DNA from: Candidatus Micrarchaeota archaeon CG1_02_49_24
GTDB taxonomy: Archaea > Micrarchaeota > Micrarchaeia > Anstonellales > UBA8471
Length of the DNA: 33,063 nt
Assembly: GCA_001871535.1 (NCBI GenBank)
Contig: MNVF01000038.1
Span: 1-33,063, forward strand
Reading direction: 5' to 3'
Made by a program: the position numbers and the translations under genes. Each line of letters starts with the position of its first letter. The stretch's first letter is position 1. Under the pieces are notes generated by a model, which was given only the letters and a program-made list of their open reading frames with translations, had not been told where the DNA came from and made no database searches. Shown in pieces: positions 7,505 through 16,614 of this stretch.

Positions 7505-7861
7505 ATGGTTCAAAATGTGAAAAACCTGAAGGTATATCAAGAAGCGTTTCAGCTTTTGAAAGAGGTATATCTTTATTTCAAAGACGTAAAAACAAGCCTA
7601 CGGCTGAAGGAATAATTGTTTGGGTCTGTTTCACCTATTTGCGCCAATCTAGCTGAAATGGCGGCATTTACAAGTAAACCAGCACAACGACAGAAAGTAA
7701 TTGTTTGTATTGGAGAATGTAATGAAGCTGAATATTGGTTGGATCTTTGCAGCGCGATAGAGATACTTGACCGTGAAAATCATGACCGATTCGCAAACCA
7801 ACTAATAGCGATAAGAAAACAATTATTCAACCTGTTAACAATTATTACAAAAAGTTGTTGA
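7505..7861 (+). pseudogene. Four-helix-bundle protein (23S rRNA IVP / bAvd-like family) with an in-frame TAA at 7613-7615
   Basis: MVQNVKNLKVYQEAFQL...LRLKE*LFGSVSPICANLAE...GECNEAEYWLDL matches the family pattern (L.VYQ.A...QL..S..SI.ANIAE...E..YWL); the stop replaces the usual Gln. Confidence 0.8.
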
Positions 7862-7869
7862 GGCTAAAC

Positions 7870-9072
7870 ATGAATCCATCAGGACTCAGGACTCTGGACC
7901 CAAGACCCGCTGGACCCAAGACCCTGGACCCTAGACTCGACGGCAAGCATATCTGCATCTGCATCACAGGCAGCGTCGCCTCTGTCAGGGCATTCGACTT
8001 GGCAAGGCTGTTGATTAAATTTGGCGCCAAAGTTACCTGCGTTGCATCATCTGAAGCATTGCGCTTTGTGGCAAAGGAGAGCCTTGAATGGGCAACCGGC
8101 AACCCGGTGATTGACAAAATCACCTATAAGTGCGAGCACCTTGAGCTGGCAAAGTGCGATGCAGTTGTAATTGCGCCTGCAAGCGCAAATACAATTTCAA
8201 AAATCGCCCTGGGCATCGCCGACACGCCGGTTACCCTTGTGGCACAGAGCGCGCTGACACAAACACCCGCCATAATTGCGCCTGCCATGCACAGGCTGCT
8301 GATGAACCCCATAATCAAGGAGAACCTGAAAAAACTGGAAAAACTGGAAAAGGTCACGGTGATTCCTTCGGTGAAAGCCGATGGAAAGGAGAAATTGGCT
8401 GATGTGGAGGAGATTGCGGATTATGCAATAAGGGCAGTTGCGACAAAGCGCCTGGAAGGAAAGAGGATTTTGATAGTGGGAGGTGCCTTCAGGGAATACA
8501 TTGATGACGTGAGGTTCATTTCAAACGGAAGCTCTGGCAGGTTTTCGGTTGCGCTTGCGAAAGAATGTTTTTACCAGGGGGCGGATGTGACATTGGTGCA
8601 TGGAAAAACTGAGGTTGCCGCGCCAAAATATGTTGAAACGATGGGGATTGAAACAACAACGGAATTGATTGGAAAGATTGAAGAATTTGCGAAAGGAAAA
8701 TGCATCATACTCTTCCCGGCAGCCCTTAATGATTTTTCAATTGTGAAAAAAAAGGACGGCAAATTTGACAGCACAAAAAGGCAACCCATTGAGCTGGCGC
8801 CATTGCCGAAGGCAATCAAAATCGCAAGAGAAGCGAACAGAACGGCGAAAATAATCGGGTTTAAGGCTGAGGTTAGTAGCAGTGTTAATGCAGAAAAAAT
8901 AAAACGATTGCTGGAAAATTGTGATTCTCTTGTTTGGAATGATATTGGGAAGCATGGGTTTGGCAGTGATGAGACTGAGATAATTATATTTGCCAAAAGC
9001 GGAAAGGAAATTGGAAAATTTGCCGGGATGAAAGATGAACTGGCAGAGAGAATAATCGATTTGGTTCAGTGA
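7870..9072 (+). CDS. coaBC: Bifunctional phosphopantothenoylcysteine decarboxylase/ligase; N-terminus includes translated heptamer repeats
   Basis: ITGSVAS, APASANTISKIALGIAD, APAMH, EYIDDVRFISNGSSG, PAALNDF, IGFKAE motifs. Confidence 0.92.
   Translation: MNPSGLRTLDPRPAGPKTLDPRLDGKHICICITGSVASVRAFDLARLLIKFGAKVTCVASSEALRFVAKESLEWATGNPVIDKITYKCEHLELAKCDAVVIAPASANTISKIALGIADTPVTLVAQSALTQTPAIIAPAMHRLLMNPIIKENLKKLEKLEKVTVIPSVKADGKEKLADVEEIADYAIRAVATKRLEGKRILIVGGAFREYIDDVRFISNGSSGRFSVALAKECFYQGADVTLVHGKTEVAAPKYVETMGIETTTELIGKIEEFAKGKCIILFPAALNDFSIVKKKDGKFDSTKRQPIELAPLPKAIKIAREANRTAKIIGFKAEVSSSVNAEKIKRLLENCDSLVWNDIGKHGFGSDETEIIIFAKSGKEIGKFAGMKDELAERIIDLVQ
7880..7938 (+). repeat. Heptamer repeat tract (CTGGACC-like) on the right flank of the four-helix-bundle gene
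   Basis: CAGGACT CAGGACT CTGGACC CAAGACC ... CTGGACC CAAGACC CTGGACC CTAGACT. Confidence 0.75.
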
Positions 9073-9160
9073 AGACTTGAAGACAGCACGCAATGCGTGC
9101 GCAAGACATGAGGATATTAAGACCAGTTAAGATATCAAGACATGTTAAGACGTGAAGACC
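9071..9160 (+). repeat. Degenerate AAGAC-core short tandem repeats (~9-12 nt period), intergenic
   Basis: GAAGACTT GAAGAC ... CAAGACAT GAGGATAT TAAGACCAGT TAAGATAT CAAGACATGT TAAGACGT GAAGACC. Confidence 0.65.
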
Positions 9161-9161
9161 T

Positions 9162-10352
9162 ATGGTTATGGATGAAACACTGAAAACCAGGTACATAATG
9201 GAGCGCGAATTCCGCAGGATGAAGGCGCACGAGGGCAGTGGCACTGAGCTGATTTCGCTCTACATCCCGGAAACCTATCCCCTAGGCAACATCAGCAACA
9301 TGCTCAGGAGCGAATACAGCCAGGCATCCAACATCAAGTCAAAGGCCACGCGCAAGAACGTGATGGCCGCCATTGACAAAATACTCAATTATCTCAGGCC
9401 GTTCAACAAGGTTGGCAAGAACGGCATGGCGCTCTTTTGCGGCAACATATCAAGGGACGACAGCGTGACTGACGTGATACTGTTCAAGATCGTGCCGCCC
9501 CAGCCGCTCGAGGTGCAGCTCTACAGGTGCGATTCAAAATTCTTCATGGAACCCCTCGAACGGATGGTTGAGATAAAAAATGCCTACGGCCTGGTGGTGA
9601 TGGACGGAAGGGAGGCAACCATCGCAATCCTCAAGGGCACCAACATCAACATAGTCAAGAAAATGAACTCGACGGCCCATGCCAAGATCCGGAAGGGCGG
9701 CCAGTCTGCACGTCGTTTTGAGCGCCTTATCCAGGAAAGCATAGATCTCTATTACACGCGCATTGGCGAGGCAATGGACGAACACCTCCTTGGCAGGATT
9801 GATGGCGTGATTGTCGGAGGACCAGGCCCAACCAAGGACTTTTTTCTGAGAGCGAAATCCTTCAACTACCAGTTCAAAATCATCGGCATGGTTGACACGG
9901 GCTATACTGATGAATACGGCCTGCGCGAGCTTGTGGAAAAGGCAAAGGAACTCCTTGCCGAGCAGGAGATTGTGAAGGAACGGGAATTGATAGAGCGCTT
10001 CGTCAAGGAGGCTTCGGGCAATGGCTTAGCCACCTATGGATTGGAGAAAACGCTAAGGGCAATTTACAAGAATCAGGCGGACAGGATACTCGTTTCAGAC
10101 GACAGCGGATTTAGGGTAAGGCAATACAAATGCGGCGAGTGCACCAGCATTTCCTTTTCTGCGGACAACAGGTGCCAGCTCTGCCAGTCGGAAAACATAT
10201 CCCTGCTGGAGGAGAAGCCCCTGGAAGATGCCATGCTCGACCTTGCCATTGAGAAAAATATTGAATACGTGCCTGTTTCAGGAAAGAGCGCTGAGGGAAA
10301 GCAGTTCCTCATGGGATTTCAGGGGATTGGGGCCTTTTTGAGATATAGGTAA
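9162..10352 (+). CDS. prf1: Archaeal peptide chain release factor aRF1
   Basis: GTELISLYIP, ASNIKSK (NIKS), YRCDSKF, KGGQSARRF (GGQ), GGPG, GFQGIGAFLRY. Confidence 0.96.
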   Translation: MVMDETLKTRYIMEREFRRMKAHEGSGTELISLYIPETYPLGNISNMLRSEYSQASNIKSKATRKNVMAAIDKILNYLRPFNKVGKNGMALFCGNISRDDSVTDVILFKIVPPQPLEVQLYRCDSKFFMEPLERMVEIKNAYGLVVMDGREATIAILKGTNINIVKKMNSTAHAKIRKGGQSARRFERLIQESIDLYYTRIGEAMDEHLLGRIDGVIVGGPGPTKDFFLRAKSFNYQFKIIGMVDTGYTDEYGLRELVEKAKELLAEQEIVKERELIERFVKEASGNGLATYGLEKTLRAIYKNQADRILVSDDSGFRVRQYKCGECTSISFSADNRCQLCQSENISLLEEKPLEDAMLDLAIEKNIEYVPVSGKSAEGKQFLMGFQGIGAFLRYR

Positions 10353-10371
10353 CGGTAAATTTTGGGACAAT

Positions 10372-10854
10372 TCACCCATTCGCATTGCTGCTATAGCCCG
10401 CCGTGCCCACGCCTAATTTGCAGGCAGTCTGGTTCGTAACTCCAATTTCCATCCTGCCAGAATAGATTCTGGTGCCAGGCGTGCTCTTCACGATGAATGA
10501 GAGCGTGCCCTTCCACAGCCCATCGCACTTGCTTACGGGGATGGGCTTGCTGAGGTTTGCCTCGCCGAATACGCAGCCGCTTTCATCATATGCATAGTTG
10601 ACCAGTTTCTTGCCCACAAAAACCTGGCTTGAGACCAAATCAGTGGCGCACTGCATGATGGCAATTTTCTGCTCAGGGGTGACAGCGCCGCGCACGTCCA
10701 TAACTATGGAAACGCTTTTCGCGGAGATTATGTTGCCCAGGAACTCCTGCAGCGGCACCTCTTGCTCCTGCGGGCTGAATAGGATGAAATTGCTCAGTAT
10801 AAGAGCAAGCCCAATGCCCAACGCAAGAACCAGCAGCTTGATGGTTGAATCCAT
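10372..10854 (-). CDS. Hypothetical membrane-anchored protein
   Basis: True start likely MDSTIKLLVLALG (N-terminal TM helix, GAGGG SD). The ORF extension upstream runs through repeats. The mature part resembles the C-terminal domain of the 11111-13273 protein (VSIVMD...IMQC / TLVRVD...MLAC). Confidence 0.75.
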   Translation of the reverse strand: MDSTIKLLVLALGIGLALILSNFILFSPQEQEVPLQEFLGNIISAKSVSIVMDVRGAVTPEQKIAIMQCATDLVSSQVFVGKKLVNYAYDESGCVFGEANLSKPIPVSKCDGLWKGTLSFIVKSTPGTRIYSGRMEIGVTNQTACKLGVGTAGYSSNANG

Positions 10855-10870
10855 GAAAATCCCTCTAACA

Positions 10871-11040
10871 GTTGCGGGTTCCGGGTTGCGAGTTTCGGGC
10901 ACTGAATACGTAACTCGGAACTCATCGACCCGAAGGGGAGAGCTATTCGCCGGCAGGCGATCAACAGCTATTGCTGTTGAGAATTTCTCCAACTGGAGAA
11001 ATGCCAGCAGACGAATTCAAAAACCCGAAACCCGAAACTC
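10871..11040. repeat. Heptamer tract with an orientation switch (GGGTTyC then AACyCGA), interrupted by a hairpin mosaic
   Basis: GTTGCGG GTTCCGG GTTGCGA GTTTCGG ... TAACTCG GAACTC [hairpins 10924-11019] AAACCCG AAACCCG AAACTC. Confidence 0.7.
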
Positions 11041-11082
11041 TTATCAGCTGCCAATTGGATTTCGCTTGATAGCGAAAAGCTC
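10940..11082. repeat. Modular hairpin mosaic (REP/BIME-like)
   Basis: GAGCTAT-TCGCC/GGCGA, TCAACAGC/GCTGTTGA, ATTTCTCCA/TGGAGAAAT-GCCAGCAG and TTTCGC/GCGAAA-AGCTC; linkers are shared with 21020-21145 and 33003-33044. Confidence 0.7.
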
Positions 11083-11110
11083 GCAACATAGAAGATGTCG
11101 ACCACCTTGC

Positions 11111-13273
11111 CTACGTTGCGATTACTTTTGCGAACTCGCAGGCGCTGAAATAAGTGTCATCGCCCTGGAGCGTGACCTCCTGGACATACACGTTGCTGTA
11201 GCTGGCAGCATTCCTGGTTGAGTATTTGAGCGAGACAATGGGCATATTGGCAAGCTGCAAGATGCAACTTGTGCCATTGAGCGTCTCATTGCCTACTGCG
11301 CAGGAGCTGCCTGAGTCATAGACGAGAAAAACCGTCTTGTTCCTGGCCACCAGGGATGCCTTTATGCTGCTGACACAGGCAAGCATGGGGTCTGAAAGAT
11401 GAGTGGTATCCACCCGCACGAGGGTGGAATTGCTGTTCTCCAGGGCCGCATAGAATGAGGAGAATGTGCCATTGTCAGCACCGCTGCCCACCAGCCAGTA
11501 GATGCCGCCGGAAAGCACGATGGCCCCGATTATGCCGGCTGCGAACAGCAGACCCCAGACCACATAGACGAACTTTTTGGCGAACCTCTTCCTGAAATAG
11601 ACAAGGCCGCCCAGGAAAATCAGCACTGCCACGGATATGAGCGCAAGGTCGAACACGCCGACCAGCACAGGCAAGCCTATGCGGATGGATGTTTCCCTGT
11701 CACCCAGGTTAATGCGCTCGTTGAACATCGAGGCTGCGCCGAGAATCGGGTAGGAGAGCTTTTCTGAAAGCGCAGATGGCGCATTAGCCAGGCTTCCTGA
11801 AGAGCGTTGGAGATAAACATCATAGCCTGCTGCAAGCTGCTTGTATTCCGCCTCCAGCACGCCATATTCCTCATTGGTAAGCGGAGGGGCGAATTCAGAG
11901 GATAGCTTGAAATATTTCCTTGAAAGATTCGCATATTCGGAAAGCAGGGCTGAATTATTTCCAACGCTCTGCCACTGGGCACGGAGGTCTTTCCCATAAA
12001 TTGATTTGTTAGCCAGGGAAACTTTTTCGTAGGGCACGGTAAGGTTCGCATAGGATTCGCTCATGAGATAGAGTGTGTCCTCAAGCTCGTCTATGTCCTG
12101 GGGGATTAGGGAATATTTGCCATTCTTCATTTTTGCATCTATGGTGGTCTTGATATTCAGGTAGTTCTCATAAATTCCTGCTAACGCCTCGTCGCTGACC
12201 ACATTCCGGGAATCTGCGGCAAGCCTTGTCAGGTTGCCGTATTTTGCCTCGAGCGCTGAGACCCGGCTTCCATAGAGGCCGGTGTAATGCTGCTTCTCCT
12301 TGAATTTGATTCTGCCCTCGCTGCCTGCAAGCAAGGCAGTTACCCGGGCATCCAAATCGGCAAGGCTGGCAGTTTTGTCAATGAGGAACTGCACCTGGCT
12401 GAGCGCGGCATTCACAGAGCTCGCATTGTTTGTGGGTGAGGGGCAAAAACCAATGCAATCAGAACAGGATTCGCCCAGGGCTGGCAGCCGCAGCGGCGTC
12501 TGGCGCACGCCGGCATCATATTGCTTTACCTTGCCCAGCCTGGCCTGGATATCAGTAAGCTGGCTGTTGACATTGTTGGGTGTCAATGTATCAAGGTCGG
12601 AAAAGATGCCCTTGATGTTGTCATCAAGGCCCTTTAGATTAGTGCTATAAGAGATAAAGGGCGCAACGAAGCCAGACGGGTCGCAACTGCCTGCACCATA
12701 GCGATTGCATATCATCTGCGCCACCACGAGGCATGTGGTCTGGTCAAGGCAGAATCCATCCGGGCTCATGCCTGTCTTAAGCTGGGTCCTGCAGACCTCC
12801 TCGGATTTGCCATAAGGCGTCTTGAAATTCCTGCTGTCGTTGTATGCATCTACGGTATCCCTAAGCTGCTGAAACTCAAGTTGGGAAGGATAATATTCGG
12901 ACAGGTAGCTCTGGCGCAGGATGGCACCCACAAGGGCAGTATCGTCCAGTTTATCATTGCCCCTGAGGACAAAGGTGTTCACGCCCCTGATGGAAACCAC
13001 CTGATAGGCGATGTTGTTATAGGTCACGCTGTCTGTGCGGATATCTGCTACACTCTCATTAGGGTAGAGATAGCTGGTATAGTCAAATGCAAATAAGGAT
13101 GCTGAAAGAAGCAAAACTGCAAACAATAGTGGCAAATACCTGGGATACCTGAGGGTCGCCTCTTGAATCAACCTGTTGGTCGATTGAATGTCCCTTTGGG
13201 ACATAGCTCGACGAACAAGGTTCGCCGATAGCTCAGCGACTATTGTCGCTGATGTGCACGCAAATTGGTTCAT
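11111..13273 (-). CDS. Large membrane/surface protein with Cys-rich and coiled-coil regions; start uncertain
   Basis: Signal-peptide-like LPLLFAVLLLSASLFA; two TM helices near the C-terminus; TTTATAAA TATA box ~25 nt upstream of ATG 13273. Confidence 0.8.
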   Translation of the reverse strand: MNQFACTSATIVAELSANLVRRAMSQRDIQSTNRLIQEATLRYPRYLPLLFAVLLLSASLFAFDYTSYLYPNESVADIRTDSVTYNNIAYQVVSIRGVNTFVLRGNDKLDDTALVGAILRQSYLSEYYPSQLEFQQLRDTVDAYNDSRNFKTPYGKSEEVCRTQLKTGMSPDGFCLDQTTCLVVAQMICNRYGAGSCDPSGFVAPFISYSTNLKGLDDNIKGIFSDLDTLTPNNVNSQLTDIQARLGKVKQYDAGVRQTPLRLPALGESCSDCIGFCPSPTNNASSVNAALSQVQFLIDKTASLADLDARVTALLAGSEGRIKFKEKQHYTGLYGSRVSALEAKYGNLTRLAADSRNVVSDEALAGIYENYLNIKTTIDAKMKNGKYSLIPQDIDELEDTLYLMSESYANLTVPYEKVSLANKSIYGKDLRAQWQSVGNNSALLSEYANLSRKYFKLSSEFAPPLTNEEYGVLEAEYKQLAAGYDVYLQRSSGSLANAPSALSEKLSYPILGAASMFNERINLGDRETSIRIGLPVLVGVFDLALISVAVLIFLGGLVYFRKRFAKKFVYVVWGLLFAAGIIGAIVLSGGIYWLVGSGADNGTFSSFYAALENSNSTLVRVDTTHLSDPMLACVSSIKASLVARNKTVFLVYDSGSSCAVGNETLNGTSCILQLANMPIVSLKYSTRNAASYSNVYVQEVTLQGDDTYFSACEFAKVIAT
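13165..13260. repeat. Modular hairpin mosaic in the 5' end of the 11111-13273 gene
   Basis: AATCAACC/GGTCGATT, TGAATGTCCC/GGGACATAGCTC, CGAAC/GTTCG, ATAGCTCAGCGAC/GTCGCTGA; same linkers as 16528-16574. Confidence 0.7.
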
Positions 13274-13369
13274 AAGTGGTTTATTGAGAGAAATATTTAT
13301 AAAGAGGAATGAAAGAAATGGAAAAACGTGGGAATTAGGAGCTGCACAACAAAAGGCTGACAATAGGAA

Positions 13370-13410
13370 AAATAAAGAAAATAAAAAAAGAGGGGAGTAG
13401 TTAGCTCCCT
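13370..13410 (-). terminator. Probable S-layer gene terminator (short hairpin followed by a U-rich tract)
   Basis: GGGAGCTAACTACTCCC followed by TTTTTTATTTTCTTTATTTTT on the minus strand, just after the stop codon. Confidence 0.5.
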
Positions 13411-13426
13411 TATCTACTTAGCCACT

Positions 13427-16159
13427 CTATGACCTTACCAATTCGCTGAGGAATTGGTTTCCAGCCGTCTGAGTGTCAGCTGCGGTCTGACCGGCAACAA
13501 CGATTACGTTGCCAATCTTCTTCACAACTACACCCTGGGTTGCAATGTCCACAGAGCTGCCTGCCAGTGCGTCTGCAGAGACTGTGCTGACCGCCGGACC
13601 ACCAACTGAGATGACCAGGCCAGCCGCGTCAGCCGCTGAATCCATCACTACCAAGCTGTCTGCAAGCTTGTATGGCACAGTGGTTGTGACCTGCGCCACA
13701 TTGTCGGGCAGAATCACTGCTGTCACAGCTGTTGAATCAACTGTGCAGCTTGCTGCGCCTGCACCGCCTGCCGAGCATGCTCCGAGCGTCTCGTCAATGC
13801 TCTTCACCTTGATTTTCACGCCGTTTGAAAGGGTCTGTTCTGCCCCTTCCTTGAGCGTGTAGGTGTCGCCAGAGATCGCTGCCGTGCTCTGTGTGCTAAG
13901 GGTCCACTTCACGTTTGCCACTCTCTTGGCAATCTTGAAGTCTGCAGAGTCTGACGTCATGTCCCTGAACTCAGAGCCTCTCACTGTTATGAAAGGCGCA
14001 TCCGGGTTGGAGGTGATGGTCGGGACATCTGCGGACGGGCTGATGCCATACAGGATTGACTTGGTCGCTGAGCCAGTCGGAAGGATTCTCTGCGTTGCAT
14101 TGAAGTCCGCCGTGCTGGTTATGTTGAACGACATGTTGCTCAGGGCGGTCATCGTTGTACTCCCTATCCTGCCTGCGTCCTCATAGATATTCACCTGAAG
14201 GCCGCCTGTTCCCAAGCCTGCGCCGATAGATGTGGTATCAGTCGCACCCGCAGCATTGCCCCACTTGAACTCAATGGCACCGGTTGTGATGCCTACCGGA
14301 GTTCCGGAGATGAGGTCGCCTGCTGTCCTGTATTTCACGTATTTCCTCGCGCTAGTGTAGGTACCATCGGTAGTTGCTGTTGTGCCGGTGGTTGTTTCCC
14401 GTATCGGATATGCCGCATAGTTCGTGCAGGACGGAGACGTCTTTGCATAAATGGTGCCGGTCCGCGGATCAACATAGAATGTAGTTACACTATCAAATCC
14501 CACTTCAAAATTACCGGTGCTCGTGGTAACCTTCACAAGAGCATTGCTCAATGTGCTAGCTGCATCATTGCTGTTGGTGCAGGCGACCGCTGTAGAGCTG
14601 TTCAAGCCCGTGATATTCTGGACCATCAGACTTGCGTCGGTCTCAATGCTGAAATGCAGCGCGTCCTTCTCTGCCTCAGTCAGGTCAGACCCGCCAAACG
14701 TGAGCTTGAACGTGTCCGGCTGCTTTAACAGAGTGAACGAATCACCTGGAACCATTCCAGATTCTCTCGTGTCATAGTAGATGGTGATTTCCCTCAACGC
14801 ATCTACGTTGTCAGCATTGGCCCAGCTGGTTGGGGATGACTGTATGTTCCTGTTTTTCCAGCCAAGATAGACCTTGTAGCGGACGTTGTCTTCATTGTCA
14901 ACCGCCTGGCCATTCTGGAGCGTCAGCTCCTCGCTTAGGACTGCAATTTCAGCCCACTTCGCGGCGAGGGTAACACCGGCTGCTGTTTTATAAATGTAGA
15001 TTTTCGCAATCTTTCCGCTCGGCGTCTTGTATGAGAAGGTAGAGCCGACGGAAATCTTGGTCTGGTCCAGCAGGTTGTCGTTGGCATCCAATATGTCAAC
15101 GATGGCCGGGTGGGCATTCTCAGCGCCTTCTGCGACTGAAATATCAGCTAGGCGCACCTTGATTTCTCCAGCGTCAATCACTTCGCCGACTGAAATGATC
15201 TTGTAGCTAGACTCTTTTGCAAGGCGGATTGAGCCACCGCGGCTGATGCCACTGTTTGTGGTGGTATTGCCAATGCCGGATGTCGTGCTTACTGGCTGTG
15301 ACATGCCGGTCAGCACCCACTTCTCACCGAGGAACCAAATCCTCATGCGGTGGTTTGCCGTCGCATCAGAGCTTGTCGTTGTGCAGTTACCATAGTAACC
15401 GTCGGCTGGGTTGGTTGCCGTGCACACCGGGATACCATAGTCATCGTTGGTGAACCGGATGGTGTAAGCCAGATTAGTCATCTTGCCTTCCAGGCGGTTA
15501 CTTGATGTAGAGTATTTGTTCTCACCGGATACCCAGATGAACTGCTCTTCCTTATAGACATTGTCCGACAAAGCGGATTTCGTGTCCTGGATAGAGTCAG
15601 TCTTGAGCACTGGGAATTCACTTGACGAGACCTTCAAGACACCAAGGTCTATTGCTGCAGCACTGTCCATTGCCCGTGCAAGAGAGTTTATCTCAGAGCT
15701 TGTGTCAGAGGTAGTTTGGTTGTATTGGTCCTCTGGATTGACACGCTGCCTATTCTTCAGAGTTTTGTCGACATAGTCATGAATTGTTGTCACTATGTCA
15801 TAGGTGCCTGCTGTCACGCCTGGGATGGTAACTTCCAAAGTCACGCTCTCGTCAAGCACAGCGCATGAACCCTGTTGCCCTGCTGTTACGGTTGGCACTG
15901 CACAAGTAGCATCGCCACTCGTTCCAGCGGTCAATGTTGCTGCTTTGTATGCCTCATTGGCAAGTCTTGCAGCAATATTGGCGGCAACGACACCATCGCT
16001 TATTGCGGCTTTTGTTCCGACAGCGACCTTCGCCACCGGTTGGCCGTTATCATTTACGAGCGTGGTATCCTCGTATTTTACTGCGCCGAAAACTGCAGAT
16101 ATGCCTAACAGGCCCATACCCGCAACCACGGCTAATTTTCTTATATCTATGCCTTTCAC
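13427..16159 (-). CDS. S-layer protein (archaeal S_layer_N / S_layer_C type)
   Basis: Signal peptide; N-terminal VAVGTKAAISDGVVAANIAA; C-terminal ISVGGPAVS...IVVAGQTAADTQTA; Thr/Ser/Ala-rich; GAGGTGA SD before the GTG start. Confidence 0.88.
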   Translation of the reverse strand: MKGIDIRKLAVVAGMGLLGISAVFGAVKYEDTTLVNDNGQPVAKVAVGTKAAISDGVVAANIAARLANEAYKAATLTAGTSGDATCAVPTVTAGQQGSCAVLDESVTLEVTIPGVTAGTYDIVTTIHDYVDKTLKNRQRVNPEDQYNQTTSDTSSEINSLARAMDSAAAIDLGVLKVSSSEFPVLKTDSIQDTKSALSDNVYKEEQFIWVSGENKYSTSSNRLEGKMTNLAYTIRFTNDDYGIPVCTATNPADGYYGNCTTTSSDATANHRMRIWFLGEKWVLTGMSQPVSTTSGIGNTTTNSGISRGGSIRLAKESSYKIISVGEVIDAGEIKVRLADISVAEGAENAHPAIVDILDANDNLLDQTKISVGSTFSYKTPSGKIAKIYIYKTAAGVTLAAKWAEIAVLSEELTLQNGQAVDNEDNVRYKVYLGWKNRNIQSSPTSWANADNVDALREITIYYDTRESGMVPGDSFTLLKQPDTFKLTFGGSDLTEAEKDALHFSIETDASLMVQNITGLNSSTAVACTNSNDAASTLSNALVKVTTSTGNFEVGFDSVTTFYVDPRTGTIYAKTSPSCTNYAAYPIRETTTGTTATTDGTYTSARKYVKYRTAGDLISGTPVGITTGAIEFKWGNAAGATDTTSIGAGLGTGGLQVNIYEDAGRIGSTTMTALSNMSFNITSTADFNATQRILPTGSATKSILYGISPSADVPTITSNPDAPFITVRGSEFRDMTSDSADFKIAKRVANVKWTLSTQSTAAISGDTYTLKEGAEQTLSNGVKIKVKSIDETLGACSAGGAGAASCTVDSTAVTAVILPDNVAQVTTTVPYKLADSLVVMDSAADAAGLVISVGGPAVSTVSADALAGSSVDIATQGVVVKKIGNVIVVAGQTAADTQTAGNQFLSELVRS

Positions 16160-16214
16160 ACTATCACCTCGTAAAGGCTTTTAGCATTAACAATGAGGTT
16201 AATCCAACACAACG

Positions 16215-16222
16215 CTTATAAA
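16215..16222 (-). promoter_or_regulatory. Probable TATA box of the S-layer gene
   Basis: TTTATAAG on the minus strand, ~56 nt upstream of the start codon. Confidence 0.5.
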
Positions 16223-16420
16223 CGTTGCTCCTTAACCTAAACTTTTGTTTATACTTTATCCCCCTAACCTACGGCTGGGTGTGTAATTGATAATCTGCAA
16301 TCAACGTATAAATCAAAGAACCTTTTAGAAAACACTGATTTGCCATATTCCCACAAAACGATAGTTTCCACAAGATTACGTCGGAGAGACCAGATGGCTG
16401 CTCTCAGTGAGAAATTCGAT

Positions 16421-16447
16421 TAAACCTTAAACTTTAGACCTTAAACC
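16421..16447 (+). repeat. Heptamer tract (TAAACCT-like)
   Basis: TAAACCT TAAACTT TAGACCT TAAACC. Confidence 0.65.
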
Positions 16448-16450
16448 TAT

Positions 16451-16614
16451 TTCCTCTCCCCGTAAGTCTTCATGTTGATGAAACTGAAGAGAGCTTCGCT
16501 GCTCACGCATGCATGCTCTCATTCTGTTTGAATGCACCTGCGGATGCATAGCTCGGCGACTGTTGTCACCGATTCCCCAAGCCCCTTCACTTCCTCTCCC
16601 CGTAAGTCTTCATG
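16451..16614. repeat. 24-bp direct repeat of the AAA ATPase gene 3' end, flanking a 116-bp hairpin-rich insert
   Basis: TTCCTCTCCCCGTAAGTCTTCATG at 16451-16474 and 16591-16614. Confidence 0.85.

Noticed and set aside
7417..7656. 79-aa ORF overlapping the endA end
   Set aside because: It is a translation of the heptamer tract plus an alternative frame of the four-helix-bundle pseudogene.
7505..7861. Diversity-generating retroelement (Avd-like gene) or stop-codon recoding
   Set aside because: No reverse transcriptase and no TR/VR pair with adenine-specific mismatches is visible. TAA terminates other genes here normally, so a single nonsense mutation is the simpler explanation.
10855..11221. 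ORF extension 10855-10992 and antisense ORF 10598-11221
   Set aside because: They run through heptamer and hairpin repeats or lie antisense to real genes. A better start with an SD exists at 10854.
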